Shown: one piece after another, positions 1-8,238 of the stretch | How positions within the stretch are numbered: position 1 is the stretch's first letter | Layout: every line of letters starts with the position of its first letter | NCBI GenBank assembly: GCA_035626155.1 | Contig: DASPOF010000070.1 | Location: forward strand, 12,619 to 76,618 | Length of the DNA stretch: 64,000 nt | DNA from: Candidatus Binataceae bacterium | Lineage (GTDB): Bacteria > Desulfobacterota > Binatia > Binatales > Binataceae | Direction of reading: 5' to 3' | Position numbers and translations under genes: made by a program | The notes under the pieces: generated by a model | What the model was told of the DNA's origin: nothing | What the model saw: the letters and a program-made list of their open reading frames with translations, nothing else | Database searches by the model: none

Positions 1-740
1 CTGATCGAGCGAGAGCTTGCGCGCCTCGGCGTCGGCCTGCTGCTGCACGTTCGCCTGCGTGATGGTCGGCTGATTGGTGTAGAAGAACCGCGCGAAGTCC
101 CAGAAGAGCGCTGGATTCTGGACCCGCGCGCATTCCGCCGCCGTCGCCGCGGGCCACGCCCACTGATGGCCGGGAAGCGGATAGTTCTTGAAGATGAGCT
201 TCACCTTGCCCTTGTAGGTCGTATTGACGAGCGTCTCGACCGCGCCGAAGGCATGCGCGCAGAACGGACATTCGAAGTCGGCGAACTCGATCAGCGTGAC
301 CGGCGCATCGGCGGGGCCGAGCACGGGGCGATCGTCGAGATGCAGCGGCTTGAGGTCAGCGCGTCCCCATGCCTCCTGGTTCAGGTCGAAATACTGCCCG
401 ACGATCACCTTGGTCTGATCCTGGTCGCTGAACAGCGTCACGCTGGCGGGTATTCCCCTGGGATTCGTGACGGTGAGAGTACGCATGAAGATTCCCGGCA
501 GCGGCGTCGGGGTCATGGGTCCGAGGCTCATCTGCTCGAGCGTCGCTATTCGGAACCGCTTTTGCAGGTAGGCCTTCACCTCGTCGTCGCGCGATGCGGG
601 GCTGGCGGAGGCCGCCGGCGTCGCCTCGCTCGACTGCGCGGATGCGCGCGGAGGCGGGATGAGCGCCGAGAGCGCAAGTCCGGTCGTGAGCACGAGCAGT
701 CCCAATCGCAGAGCCGAGCGTCTATGCCGATTAACCATAG
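1..740 (-). CDS. DsbA-like thiol:disulfide oxidoreductase (thioredoxin fold). The C-terminus is truncated by the window edge. It has an N-terminal signal peptide and a CPFC active-site motif.
   Basis: The reverse translation gives MVNRHRRSALRLGLLVLTTGLALSALIPP... with ...EFADFECPFCAHAF... (a CxxC motif) and ...KLIFKNYPLPGHQWAWPAATAAECA.... The frame runs off position 1. The forward ORF at 166..750 is its shadow. Confidence 0.6.
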
Positions 741-808
741 CCCTCAATGATACGGGCCGCCGGGGCGATCTTCCAGAGAAGGGTAGCGCGCCATTGGCGC
801 CGTCCGTT

Positions 809-852
809 CCCTCTCCCGTTTTTCGATACGGGAGAGGGAAAGGGTGAGGGTG
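809..852. repeat. Hairpin plus G-rich tail element (family A): ccctctcccg-tttttcgata-cgggagaggg followed by aaagggtgagggtg.
   Basis: A perfect 10-bp inverted repeat that I read directly. The right arm plus tail contains four G3 tracts (GGGAGAGGGAAAGGGTGAGGG). Confidence 0.6.
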
Positions 853-1096
853 TCTGCCGCCTCGCCGCGGGCCGCCGGCGCACCCATTCTAAGGCTGGGC
901 CCGCGATTTCGACTCGCCCACAATTCAGTTCGCATAAGAGATATTATGTAAACTAGCTGGTAAAGCCTCGGCGGTTGCGCTAGGATCGCGCTCCAGACTC
1001 CTGGCGCACGGGCGGCCCGGTCGCGGAAGTGGTGCCAAGCCGCGATGGATGCGCGGCCTTCTGTGGTGTCATTCCCGCGCGTGCCTGGCGCGCGAG

Positions 1097-1116
1097 GAAT
1101 CCCGGATCCGGGATTC
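1097..1116. promoter_or_regulatory. Perfect 20-bp palindrome gaatcccggatccgggattc, about 70 bp upstream of the DUF3800-like gene. A candidate operator for a dimeric DNA-binding protein.
   Basis: A 10+10 perfect inverted repeat with no spacer, in a divergent intergenic region. Confidence 0.4.
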
Positions 1117-1186
1117 TCTGCGCCGGAAAATCACCGGCGCGAGAATGACAGGTGGTGGGCGCCGCGCCCCTTAGAGGTACCCAATC

Positions 1187-1948
1187 ATGCTTGAGTCCTA
1201 TGGCGACGAGAGCGGGACCGACGATCGCTCCTCTTTTGCTTCTTTCGGCGGATATCTGGCCGAGCAAGGGCAATGGAAGACTTTCTCCTCCGAGTGGCGA
1301 AGGGTCCTTCGGGAATTGAGACTACGTGAGCTATCGCCCGGGCTCGAGGACGACTTCCGCACGGGCAATTTCTATGCGCTCGCCAAGAAGGCAACGTGGT
1401 CGAAGGCTCGCAAAGATGAATGCGTGATTCGCCTGGCCCAGACGATCAAGAAACGCACACTAACCGGGTTTGCGGCGTTGGTCTCGACGCGCAATTACAA
1501 TTGCGCGTTCAGTGAGCCTATCCGGAAACGGCGCCTGAAGGATCGCTATTATCTACTGTTTGAGCAGGCGCTCATGATGCAGTGGCGGCTGCTCTACTAC
1601 GGCGGTTTTGCCGGGCGCGTGCCCGCGGCTTTTTTCTTCGATGAGAAGAAGGGATTCGAAAGTCGCGCCCTTAGAATCTTTGACGGGCTACAAAGGAGCT
1701 TCGATAAGAAACAGCTCATGGTAAGCAGAAAATTCGTCTCCAGCGCTGCCGTTGCGCCCATTCAGGCGGCCGACTTCATCGCGTTTGAGCTCCGACATTA
1801 CGGCTTACAGGGTGGCCATCTCTCCCCCAGCGTCACCACGGCCATGGACGCCCTCAAGAGAGACCTAATGGTGCATGAATTCAAACCGGCCGAACTCGCC
1901 ACAATCTCGAAGCGACTAGAAGAGAGAGCGGTCGAGAAACGGGCGTAG
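1187..1948 (+). CDS. Hypothetical protein, DUF3800-like. It has an N-terminal YGDESG motif and a C-terminal AADFIAFE motif.
   Basis: A 253-aa ORF with noticeably lower GC than its neighbours. The DESG and ADxxA motifs are as I recall them for the DUF3800 family. It is flanked by intergenic hairpin repeats. Confidence 0.5.
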   Translation: MLESYGDESGTDDRSSFASFGGYLAEQGQWKTFSSEWRRVLRELRLRELSPGLEDDFRTGNFYALAKKATWSKARKDECVIRLAQTIKKRTLTGFAALVSTRNYNCAFSEPIRKRRLKDRYYLLFEQALMMQWRLLYYGGFAGRVPAAFFFDEKKGFESRALRIFDGLQRSFDKKQLMVSRKFVSSAAVAPIQAADFIAFELRHYGLQGGHLSPSVTTAMDALKRDLMVHEFKPAELATISKRLEERAVEKRA

Positions 1949-2297
1949 CTCCTGGTCTCCTCCCGATCCTAGCTAGCCACTGCACCAGCACTCCCGATCA
2001 CTTCGTGTTGCCACCAGTCCGAATCGCGCTCTCGCCACGACGAGCTTGAGTGGCGCGATCCCCGGCGGTATATGTCGAGCGAGAGGCGCATCTGAGGAGG
2101 AATGTCGATGCGCGAAACTGCATACTGGTCGATCAGCGCGCTCGCTGGCATCGGGGCCATCGTCGAGTATACCCGCGGAGAATATGCCCTCGTCACGGCG
2201 ATTGCCGGGGCGCTTATTTTCGCACTGACCATTGCACCGGCTACGCGGCGCAATCTGCGCTGACGGCGTCGGACAAAGAAGAGCACCCCCTCTTTTA

Positions 2298-2563
2298 TTC
2301 TCCCCCGGAAAAGACCGGGGGAGAGAGTAAAAAAAAATATTCTCCGCCGGGAAAGACCGGGGGAGAGCTCGACCCCGGCCGGCTCCGGCGACTGTTCGGG
2401 CTTCAACCTGCCGATACGTGCGCGGCGACCCTCGCTCTCCCGCGATCTGTTCCGACCCAGGGTTAATCGGCCTGCCGCGCACAAGTTCATCCCCATCCTG
2501 AACGGATGAATCAGAGATACAAGGGTAAAAAAAATTCTCCGCCGGAAAAGACCGAGGGAGAGA
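2298..2563. repeat. Three copies of a roughly 28-bp palindromic unit (family B) with consensus TTCTCCsCCGG-(G)AAAAGA-CCGrGGGAGAG. They lie at about 2298-2326, 2340-2367 and 2535-2563. Each is flanked by A8-9 tracts.
   Basis: I read them directly. Copies 1 and 2 are separated by 'gtaaaaaaaaatat'. Copy 3 is preceded by 'gggtaaaaaaaa'. There is no credible coding potential here. Confidence 0.6.
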
Positions 2564-2615
2564 ATAAAGAAAGGCGCGGCCGGCGCACCTCGACCGCGAC
2601 CTTCTCTGCATCCTG

Positions 2616-3257
2616 CTATTCGCGGCGGGGGCGCGGCGCATCGGGAGCGCTTTTCGGCGGCTCCGCTGACGCGCCCAACTGACGGAGCAGGCGGCGCGCG
2701 GGGAAGCTCCCCGGATCGAGCTTGAGCGCGGCTTGCGCATACTCCAGCGCCGCGGACTGCCGATCGATGCGCGATGCGGCCCGCGCCATCGCCGCCAGCA
2801 GCTCGGCGCTGTCGCCGCCGAATTCGCGCGCCCGCGTGAGCGCATCGAGGGCGGCCTCGTGATGGTTCTGCTCGGCGAGCGCCTGCCCGAGGCCCGCCAG
2901 CGCCTGCGCGTTCAGCGGGTCGATCTCGATCGCCTCGCGGTATAGCGCGATCGCGTTTCGCCGTGCGCCCTTCCCGTGCAAGTCTCGCGCCGCGGCGGCC
3001 AGCCGCGCACCCTCCTGCGGCCATCCGCGCGCCTCGACATCGACCTCTATCTGCTCCGCTGAGAAAACCGCCTTGAGGATTTTGATCTGCGCGCCGAGGT
3101 ACTCCCCGATGCGCTCCAGGATCTCATCGCCCTGCGACTCGGGCGCGCGCAGGAACGCGCTTCCCACGGAATCGCCGATATGGTCGTCGCGCCGGATGAT
3201 GAGCGAGCGGCGTCGTCGATTCGATGGGGGGCGTCTGCCGTCCTCAGACTCGCTCAT
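2616..3257 (-). CDS. Tetratricopeptide (TPR) repeat protein.
   Basis: TPR-like repeats of the form ...ALYREAIEIDPLNAQALAGLGQALAEQNHHEAALDALTRA.... It overlaps the dgt stop by 14 nt, which suggests co-transcription. Confidence 0.55.
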   Translation of the reverse strand: MSESEDGRRPPSNRRRRSLIIRRDDHIGDSVGSAFLRAPESQGDEILERIGEYLGAQIKILKAVFSAEQIEVDVEARGWPQEGARLAAAARDLHGKGARRNAIALYREAIEIDPLNAQALAGLGQALAEQNHHEAALDALTRAREFGGDSAELLAAMARAASRIDRQSAALEYAQAALKLDPGSFPARRLLRQLGASAEPPKSAPDAPRPRRE

Positions 3258-4437
3258 CGGGGTCGAACAGTTTGCGATATTCGTCGAGTGCGAATCGATC
3301 GGTCATCCCGGCGATGTAATCCGCGACCACGCGCGGGATTGCCTCGCCGTCGCGCTCGGCGCGCGCAAGGATGTGTTCGGGCATCTGGCGAGGCTCGGCC
3401 ATGTAGGTCTCGAACAGGCGCGCGAGCACCCTGCCCGCTTTTTCCGTCATCCGGCTGACCCGGTAATGGCGATAGAGGCGCTCGCGCATGATCTCCTTGA
3501 GTTCCTCGACCTTCTCCGCCATGACCGGCGAGAACGATGCGAGCGCCCTGCCCGCCCGCCGGACGTCATCGACGCTCCCGATGCCGGCCCGCTCGATTTC
3601 CGCGGCGATGTGCGTCATCAGATCGGTGGACATCGCATCGATCATCCTGATGACGGTCTGGTAGCGCTCCACGCGGCCCACCCCCGCCGGGTCTGCCTCG
3701 CGCGCCCCCGCAGCCGCATCGCGATACAGCGCCGAGCCGTTCAGATTCTCGACCGTCAGCATCTGCGCCTTCAGCCCGTCGTCCACATCGTGGGCGAGGT
3801 ATGCGATCTCATCGGCGAGATCGACGATCTGCGCCTCGAGGCACGGAAATGCCGAGAGGTCGAACTCGCGCGCCGCCGGGCGCTCCCTGAAATCGGAGTG
3901 CTTGATGATTCCCTCGCGGACCTCGAAGCTCAGGTTGAGCCCGCGAAAGCGCGGGTAGCGGACTTCGATCCAGTCCACGGTGCGGAGGCTCTGCGCGTTG
4001 TGGTCGAAGCCGCCGTGCGGCTGCATCAGGCTGTTCAGCATGATTTCGCCGGCATGCCCGAACGGCGTATGGCCGAGATCGTGCGCGAGCGCGACCGCCT
4101 CGGCGAGTTCCTCATTGAGGCCGAGCGCGCGCGCCACCGTGCGCGCGATCTGCGCCGCTTCGAGCGTGTGCGTAAGCCGGGTGCGGTAGTAATCGCCCTC
4201 GTGATTAACGAAGACCTGGGTTTTGTATTCGAGGCGGCGGAAGGCTGCCGAGTGGATAATCCGGTCGCGATCGCGCTGGAAGACGGTGCGAATCGGATGG
4301 TCGGGTTCCGCGATGCGCCGGCCGCGGCTCAACCGCGAGAGCATCGCGTACGGCGCCAGCGTGCGCGCCTCGATTTCCTCCAACTCCTGCCGTGTCCGCA
4401 GCATAGATTCGCGGGGATTGGCGACCGTTGCAGTCAT
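3244..4437 (-). CDS. dgt: dGTP triphosphohydrolase-like HD-domain protein.
   Basis: An HD motif ...VALAHDLGHTPFGHAGE... with ...YRTRLTHTLEAAQIAR... and the full length typical of Dgt-like proteins. Confidence 0.85.
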   Translation of the reverse strand: MTATVANPRESMLRTRQELEEIEARTLAPYAMLSRLSRGRRIAEPDHPIRTVFQRDRDRIIHSAAFRRLEYKTQVFVNHEGDYYRTRLTHTLEAAQIARTVARALGLNEELAEAVALAHDLGHTPFGHAGEIMLNSLMQPHGGFDHNAQSLRTVDWIEVRYPRFRGLNLSFEVREGIIKHSDFRERPAAREFDLSAFPCLEAQIVDLADEIAYLAHDVDDGLKAQMLTVENLNGSALYRDAAAGAREADPAGVGRVERYQTVIRMIDAMSTDLMTHIAAEIERAGIGSVDDVRRAGRALASFSPVMAEKVEELKEIMRERLYRHYRVSRMTEKAGRVLARLFETYMAEPRQMPEHILARAERDGEAIPRVVADYIAGMTDRFALDEYRKLFDPDERV

Positions 4438-4544
4438 CGCGATGCTACCACGGCTCGGCGGCGCTCCGAAGCGCCCAGGCGGGGATCGATCAACAGCAAC
4501 GGACGGGTTTCATTTGCCGTCGGTTGGAGAGGCGGCATTCTGAG

Positions 4545-4581
4545 CCCTCTCCCTGTAGCTGGGAGAGGGTATGGGTGAGGG
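4545..4581. repeat. Family A element: ccctctccc-tgtagct-gggagaggg followed by tatgggtgaggg.
   Basis: A 9-bp inverted repeat plus a G3-N3-G3-N3-G3-N3-G3 tract, in the divergent dgt/rlpA intergenic region. Confidence 0.55.
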
Positions 4582-4654
4582 ACCGCTTCGTGGCGCGGAT
4601 GTCTGGTGCGCCGCGAATCTGTGACCGGACAACTGCGCAGGCAATACTTTAATC

Positions 4655-4678
4655 GCGCGCTCGAAATGATGAGCGCGC
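4655..4678. repeat. Inverted repeat gcgcgctc-gaaatgat-gagcgcgc.
   Basis: An 8-bp perfect stem with an 8-nt loop in the divergent intergenic region. It may be an operator or an RNA hairpin. Confidence 0.35.
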
Positions 4679-4701
4679 TGCGCAAGGTCCCTCTCCTTTA
4701 T

Positions 4702-4721
4702 CCTCTCCCGCCGGGGAGAGG
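4702..4721. repeat. Family A/B-related palindrome cctctcccg-cc-ggggagagg followed by aaaaaacc.
   Basis: I read it directly. It lies 60 bp upstream of the rlpA start. Confidence 0.45.
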
Positions 4722-4780
4722 AAAAAACCGATTAACAGAGGCCCCTTAAGCCGCGGCGCGCAGCTACCTATAATCGTGGG

Positions 4781-5482
4781 ATGGCCGTGGCGGTGGGGCG
4801 AGGGAGAGGGGGCGAACTATTGCGGCGCGCCGGCTTGGCGCTGGCTATCAGCATATCCGCCGCCGCGTGCTCGCTGGTTCGCAGCGCTCCGCCTCCGCCC
4901 GCGCAGCCGCCCGCTGCCACACAGGGAGCGCCGTCCGCGCCCGTAGTCGGAGTCGCATCGTGGTACGGTCCCGGCTTCGACGGACACAGGACATCGAGCG
5001 GCGCGGTTTATCACGAGGATGAACTCACGGCCGCATCGATGCTCTATGCGCTCGGGAGCCGCGTGATGGTGACGAATCTCGACAACGGCCGATCGGTCGA
5101 GGTGACGATCGACGATCACGGCCCGTTCGTGAAGGGGCGCAAAATCGATCTATCGGAGAAGGCGGCGCGGTTGATCGGAATGGTCGGCCCCGGCACCGCA
5201 CGGGTTCGGATCGATCTCCTGAGTGCGCCGCCGAATTCGCGGCCGATCGGGCCGCCGCGATACTACGTCCAGGTCGGATCGTTCGCGAGTTCATCGAACG
5301 CATCGCGCCTGCGCGACCAGATCGCGACCCGGTACCCCGACGTGCATATCGACTCGGTGGTTGCGGAGAGCCGTCGCTATTACCGCGTGCGCATGGGCGC
5401 GTTCTCGGATCGGTCCGAAGCTGAATCGCGCGCCGCACGCACCGCGCGCCTCGGCCTTCCCGTCGTGATTATCACCGAATGA
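4781..5482 (+). CDS. rlpA: Septal ring lytic transglycosylase RlpA-family lipoprotein, with a double-psi beta-barrel and a C-terminal SPOR-like domain.
   Basis: A lipobox ...ISAAACS followed by ...ASWYGPGFDGHRTSSGAVYHEDELTAAS...GSRVMVTNLDNGRSVEVTIDDHGPF.... The C-terminus ...YYVQVGSFASSSNASRL...YYRVRMGAF... is SPOR-like. Confidence 0.85.
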   Translation: MAVAVGRGRGGELLRRAGLALAISISAAACSLVRSAPPPPAQPPAATQGAPSAPVVGVASWYGPGFDGHRTSSGAVYHEDELTAASMLYALGSRVMVTNLDNGRSVEVTIDDHGPFVKGRKIDLSEKAARLIGMVGPGTARVRIDLLSAPPNSRPIGPPRYYVQVGSFASSSNASRLRDQIATRYPDVHIDSVVAESRRYYRVRMGAFSDRSEAESRAARTARLGLPVVIITE

Positions 5483-6801
5483 AGCTGCGATTCCGCTGCG
5501 CCCTGCTCCATCGGCGGCTAGCGCTCGTGCTGATCGCGGGCGCGCTTGCGGTCGCCGGATGCGCATACACGGTGGTGCGCGGAGGGCGCATCGATGAGCC
5601 CAAGGCGGCGGGCGTCGTCGATGCGATCCAAAAGGTCCGCGAACTGCGCTTCAAGCAGCAGGTGCCGATGACCGTCAAAACGGCCGATGAGGCCGAGCGC
5701 ATGATGGAGGACGATCTCGCGCACGACTACACCGACGAACAGATTGCAGTCGATGGCGCGGCGGGCGCGGCGGTGGGGCTTTATCCCGCCGGGATGGACC
5801 TCAAGGCGGAGACGCTGAAGCTTCTCAAGAACCAGGTCGCCGGATTCTATGACCCTTACGGCAAGCAGATGGTGCTCATCGAGGGCGCAGCCGACCTCGG
5901 ATTTTGGACCAGTGCTACCCAGTTCGTGGCCCAGCGCGATTACGTCGGCGAGATGCTGCTCGGGCACGAATTGACTCACGCGCTTCAGGACCAGCACTTC
6001 GAGCTGGAGAAGAAGCTCGATGCGGTCAAGGATGACGACGATCGCGGGCTTGCACTCAAGTCAGTGGCGGAGGGCGATGCGACAATCGCGGGCTTCGGCT
6101 GCATCGCGGGCAGGATGGACCGGTCGACTCTCGACGCCCTGGTGTCGCGCATGGACCAGATGCCGCAACTGTTCGCCGCGCAGGCCGCGGGAACCCCGCT
6201 GGGCGTCAGCGCGCCGATGGTGTTCCAGTACACCGACGGCGTCCGCTTCGTAGCGGAGGCTTATCGGCGCGGCGGCTGGAGCAAAGTCGATGAGCTTTAC
6301 CGGACGCCGCCGCTCTCCAGCCATCAGATACTCCATCCCGAATACTACTTCGATCATCTCACCCCGCCGCCTCAAATCTCACTCGATGGATACCAGGGAG
6401 TGATGGCGGGCTGGACCAAGGCCGATGATGACACGTACGGCGAGTTGTTCATCCGCGTGATTCTCGAGCGCAACCTGGGAAAGGACTCGGCCGATGTACG
6501 GCTCGCATCGCGATGGAGCGCCGACCGGATGGTCATGCTGCGCAAGGGACACGATTTGACCGTCTTGTGGATGATCGCGTTCGGCGATGCGGAGTCCGCC
6601 GCGCGCTTCGGCGCAGTTTATGCGGACGTGCTCGGGCGGTTACCCGGCTCGGCGCCGCACGCCATCGAATGCCGTGGCGATGCGGTCCTGATCGCGATCG
6701 GCGACGGCGCCGCGCAATCGCGACCGCTGATGGCGGCGCTCTGGCAGTCAAGCCGCATCGCCGGCGCGCCCATCACCGATCACTCAGACCCGGCGAACTG
6801 A
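5479..6801 (+). CDS. Putative secreted lipoprotein and zinc metallopeptidase-like protein with an HExxH motif.
   Basis: A signal/lipobox ...LAVAGCAYT and an HELTH motif (...LLGHELTHALQDQHFE...). Its start overlaps the rlpA stop (ATGA). Confidence 0.65.
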   Translation: MKLRFRCALLHRRLALVLIAGALAVAGCAYTVVRGGRIDEPKAAGVVDAIQKVRELRFKQQVPMTVKTADEAERMMEDDLAHDYTDEQIAVDGAAGAAVGLYPAGMDLKAETLKLLKNQVAGFYDPYGKQMVLIEGAADLGFWTSATQFVAQRDYVGEMLLGHELTHALQDQHFELEKKLDAVKDDDDRGLALKSVAEGDATIAGFGCIAGRMDRSTLDALVSRMDQMPQLFAAQAAGTPLGVSAPMVFQYTDGVRFVAEAYRRGGWSKVDELYRTPPLSSHQILHPEYYFDHLTPPPQISLDGYQGVMAGWTKADDDTYGELFIRVILERNLGKDSADVRLASRWSADRMVMLRKGHDLTVLWMIAFGDAESAARFGAVYADVLGRLPGSAPHAIECRGDAVLIAIGDGAAQSRPLMAALWQSSRIAGAPITDHSDPAN

Positions 6802-6946
6802 TACGGAAACGCGAGCGGCGAAATTTGCGTCACGGCGCCCGCAGGATCGTAGGTGTCGGCGTTGACCAGGCTGCTGCTGGGATCCACCGGGGCTCAGCGC
6901 AGTGTTGACTCCAAGTGGCCCTCAACCCCTTCGCACTATTACTTCA

Positions 6947-7546
6947 TCAATAACATCGGCTCCAGAGCTCGTCCGTATAAAGCTCAACGGCGTACCAGTG
7001 CCTTTCGAGGCGACGTACAACAGAGACCTCACAGGGTATGCCGCTGAACCGGCCAGACTGGCCCTTATCTGCGGCGGCTGACAGAGAATCACTCGGATCA
7101 AAAACAACGTAGACCGTGGTGTCCTGTCCGGCCCAGCCCCAACCGTCCCATTCAGTATGCTTCAGCTCCCCTTCTGTAGGTACAGCTTCTGCCAGAACCC
7201 TGGCCTTGTAATACTTCGAAAATACGACCCATCTGACAACGTTTCGGATTCCGCTTTGATTTGTCACCAGAACCGCGGAAATTGTCCAACCCAAGAGGAG
7301 CATCGACAAAGTTGGGACCCAGCGGCGGGTTCTTCTTGCAATTGCATTCTTCACCAGTAAACCAATCCAGATGAGGCTGATGATTAGTACAGCGGCCAAG
7401 TACGCCAACAGCCACAGGTCTGGTTCCAAGAATGCCGCAGGCGCAAAAAGGATGAGATTGCCCGCAACCACGTACAACAGCAGCCGCCGCCACCTAAAAC
7501 GCTTTTGTCCCGCAGCTTCTTCCATCACGCATCCCCTTGGAAGCAT
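6947..7546 (-). CDS. Hypothetical membrane protein with 2 predicted TM helices and a soluble C-terminal domain. It sits in a low-GC segment.
   Basis: A 199-aa ORF. The region around 6850-7620 is visibly AT-richer than its flanks. It has hydrophobic stretches LLLYVVAGNLILFAPAAF and LAAVLIISLIWIGLLV. It may start at the internal MEEAAG. Confidence 0.45.
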   Translation of the reverse strand: MLPRGCVMEEAAGQKRFRWRRLLLYVVAGNLILFAPAAFLEPDLWLLAYLAAVLIISLIWIGLLVKNAIARRTRRWVPTLSMLLLGWTISAVLVTNQSGIRNVVRWVVFSKYYKARVLAEAVPTEGELKHTEWDGWGWAGQDTTVYVVFDPSDSLSAAADKGQSGRFSGIPCEVSVVRRLERHWYAVELYTDELWSRCY

Positions 7547-7708
7547 AGTTCAATGATCGCCACGGTAGGCAATGCCCGAATCGCTGTTGGAATTGAGTAA
7601 GGGCTCGATAGTCATTGAGGCGGTCTACTTTGGACTGTCAGCTCTACGATCGAGTATGGTGTCGTGAGCGCCCGCCGGGGCGATGGACGGCGGCGCGACC
7701 GTCCGGCG

Positions 7709-8212
7709 CTATTCGCCGACGCCTCGCGCGCGCAGAATCTGACGCCCGGTCTCGATGAGCGTGCGCTCGTTCTTGTAAGTGGCGCGCCGGATCGCCTCGT
7801 CGATGTCGAGCCACGCAACTTCCTCGATCTCGTGGTCGTGACGGCCCGAGTCGCCGCCGGCAAATTGCATCAGGAAAAAGCGCACCCGCTTGAAGATTCG
7901 CGTGAGCGGCCCGCCCGGCTCGTCGCGCCAGGAAAAGACGTACGACACGTCGCCCAATTTCTCGACCACGCCGACCTTAAGCCCGGTCTCCTCGCCGACC
8001 TCGCGCACCGCGGCTTCCTGCATGCTTTCGCCCTGTTCGACATGGCCCTTGGGCAGCGCCCACGCGGACGACCCCTCGGGCCGAATCATCGCGACCTCGA
8101 TTCCGCCACGGGCGCCGCGCCGCCACACCAGTCCTCCGGCGGAGAATTCGCGGCGCGTCGGGATAGCGCCGCCGCGCGGCTTTTCATTCCGAGGTTTCGA
8201 CTGTCGGGCCAT
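7709..8212 (-). CDS. NUDIX hydrolase.
   Basis: A Nudix box GHVEQGESMQEAAVREVGEETGL. I trimmed the start to MARQSKP..., and the upstream extension of the ORF is probably not coding. Confidence 0.7.
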   Translation of the reverse strand: MARQSKPRNEKPRGGAIPTRREFSAGGLVWRRGARGGIEVAMIRPEGSSAWALPKGHVEQGESMQEAAVREVGEETGLKVGVVEKLGDVSYVFSWRDEPGGPLTRIFKRVRFFLMQFAGGDSGRHDHEIEEVAWLDIDEAIRRATYKNERTLIETGRQILRARGVGE

Positions 8213-8238
8213 TTCCCTGAAGACTGCCAGCCGAACCT

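Noticed and set aside
2298-2563. A possible CRISPR array.
   Set aside because: There are only three copies. The unit is itself palindromic. The spacings are irregular at 14 and 167 bp. There are no cas genes.
1969-3024. A 351-aa minus-strand ORF, and an overlapping 290-aa ORF, spanning the hairpin repeat region and the TPR gene.
   Set aside because: It is extremely Arg/Ala/Gly-rich and low in complexity. It runs through three palindromic repeats and A-tracts and overlaps the better-supported TPR gene in another frame. I take it as a high-GC shadow ORF.
3073-4578. A 501-aa plus-strand ORF.
   Set aside because: It is antisense to the well-supported dgt gene. It has a shadow-ORF composition (R/A/G/D-rich) and no motifs.
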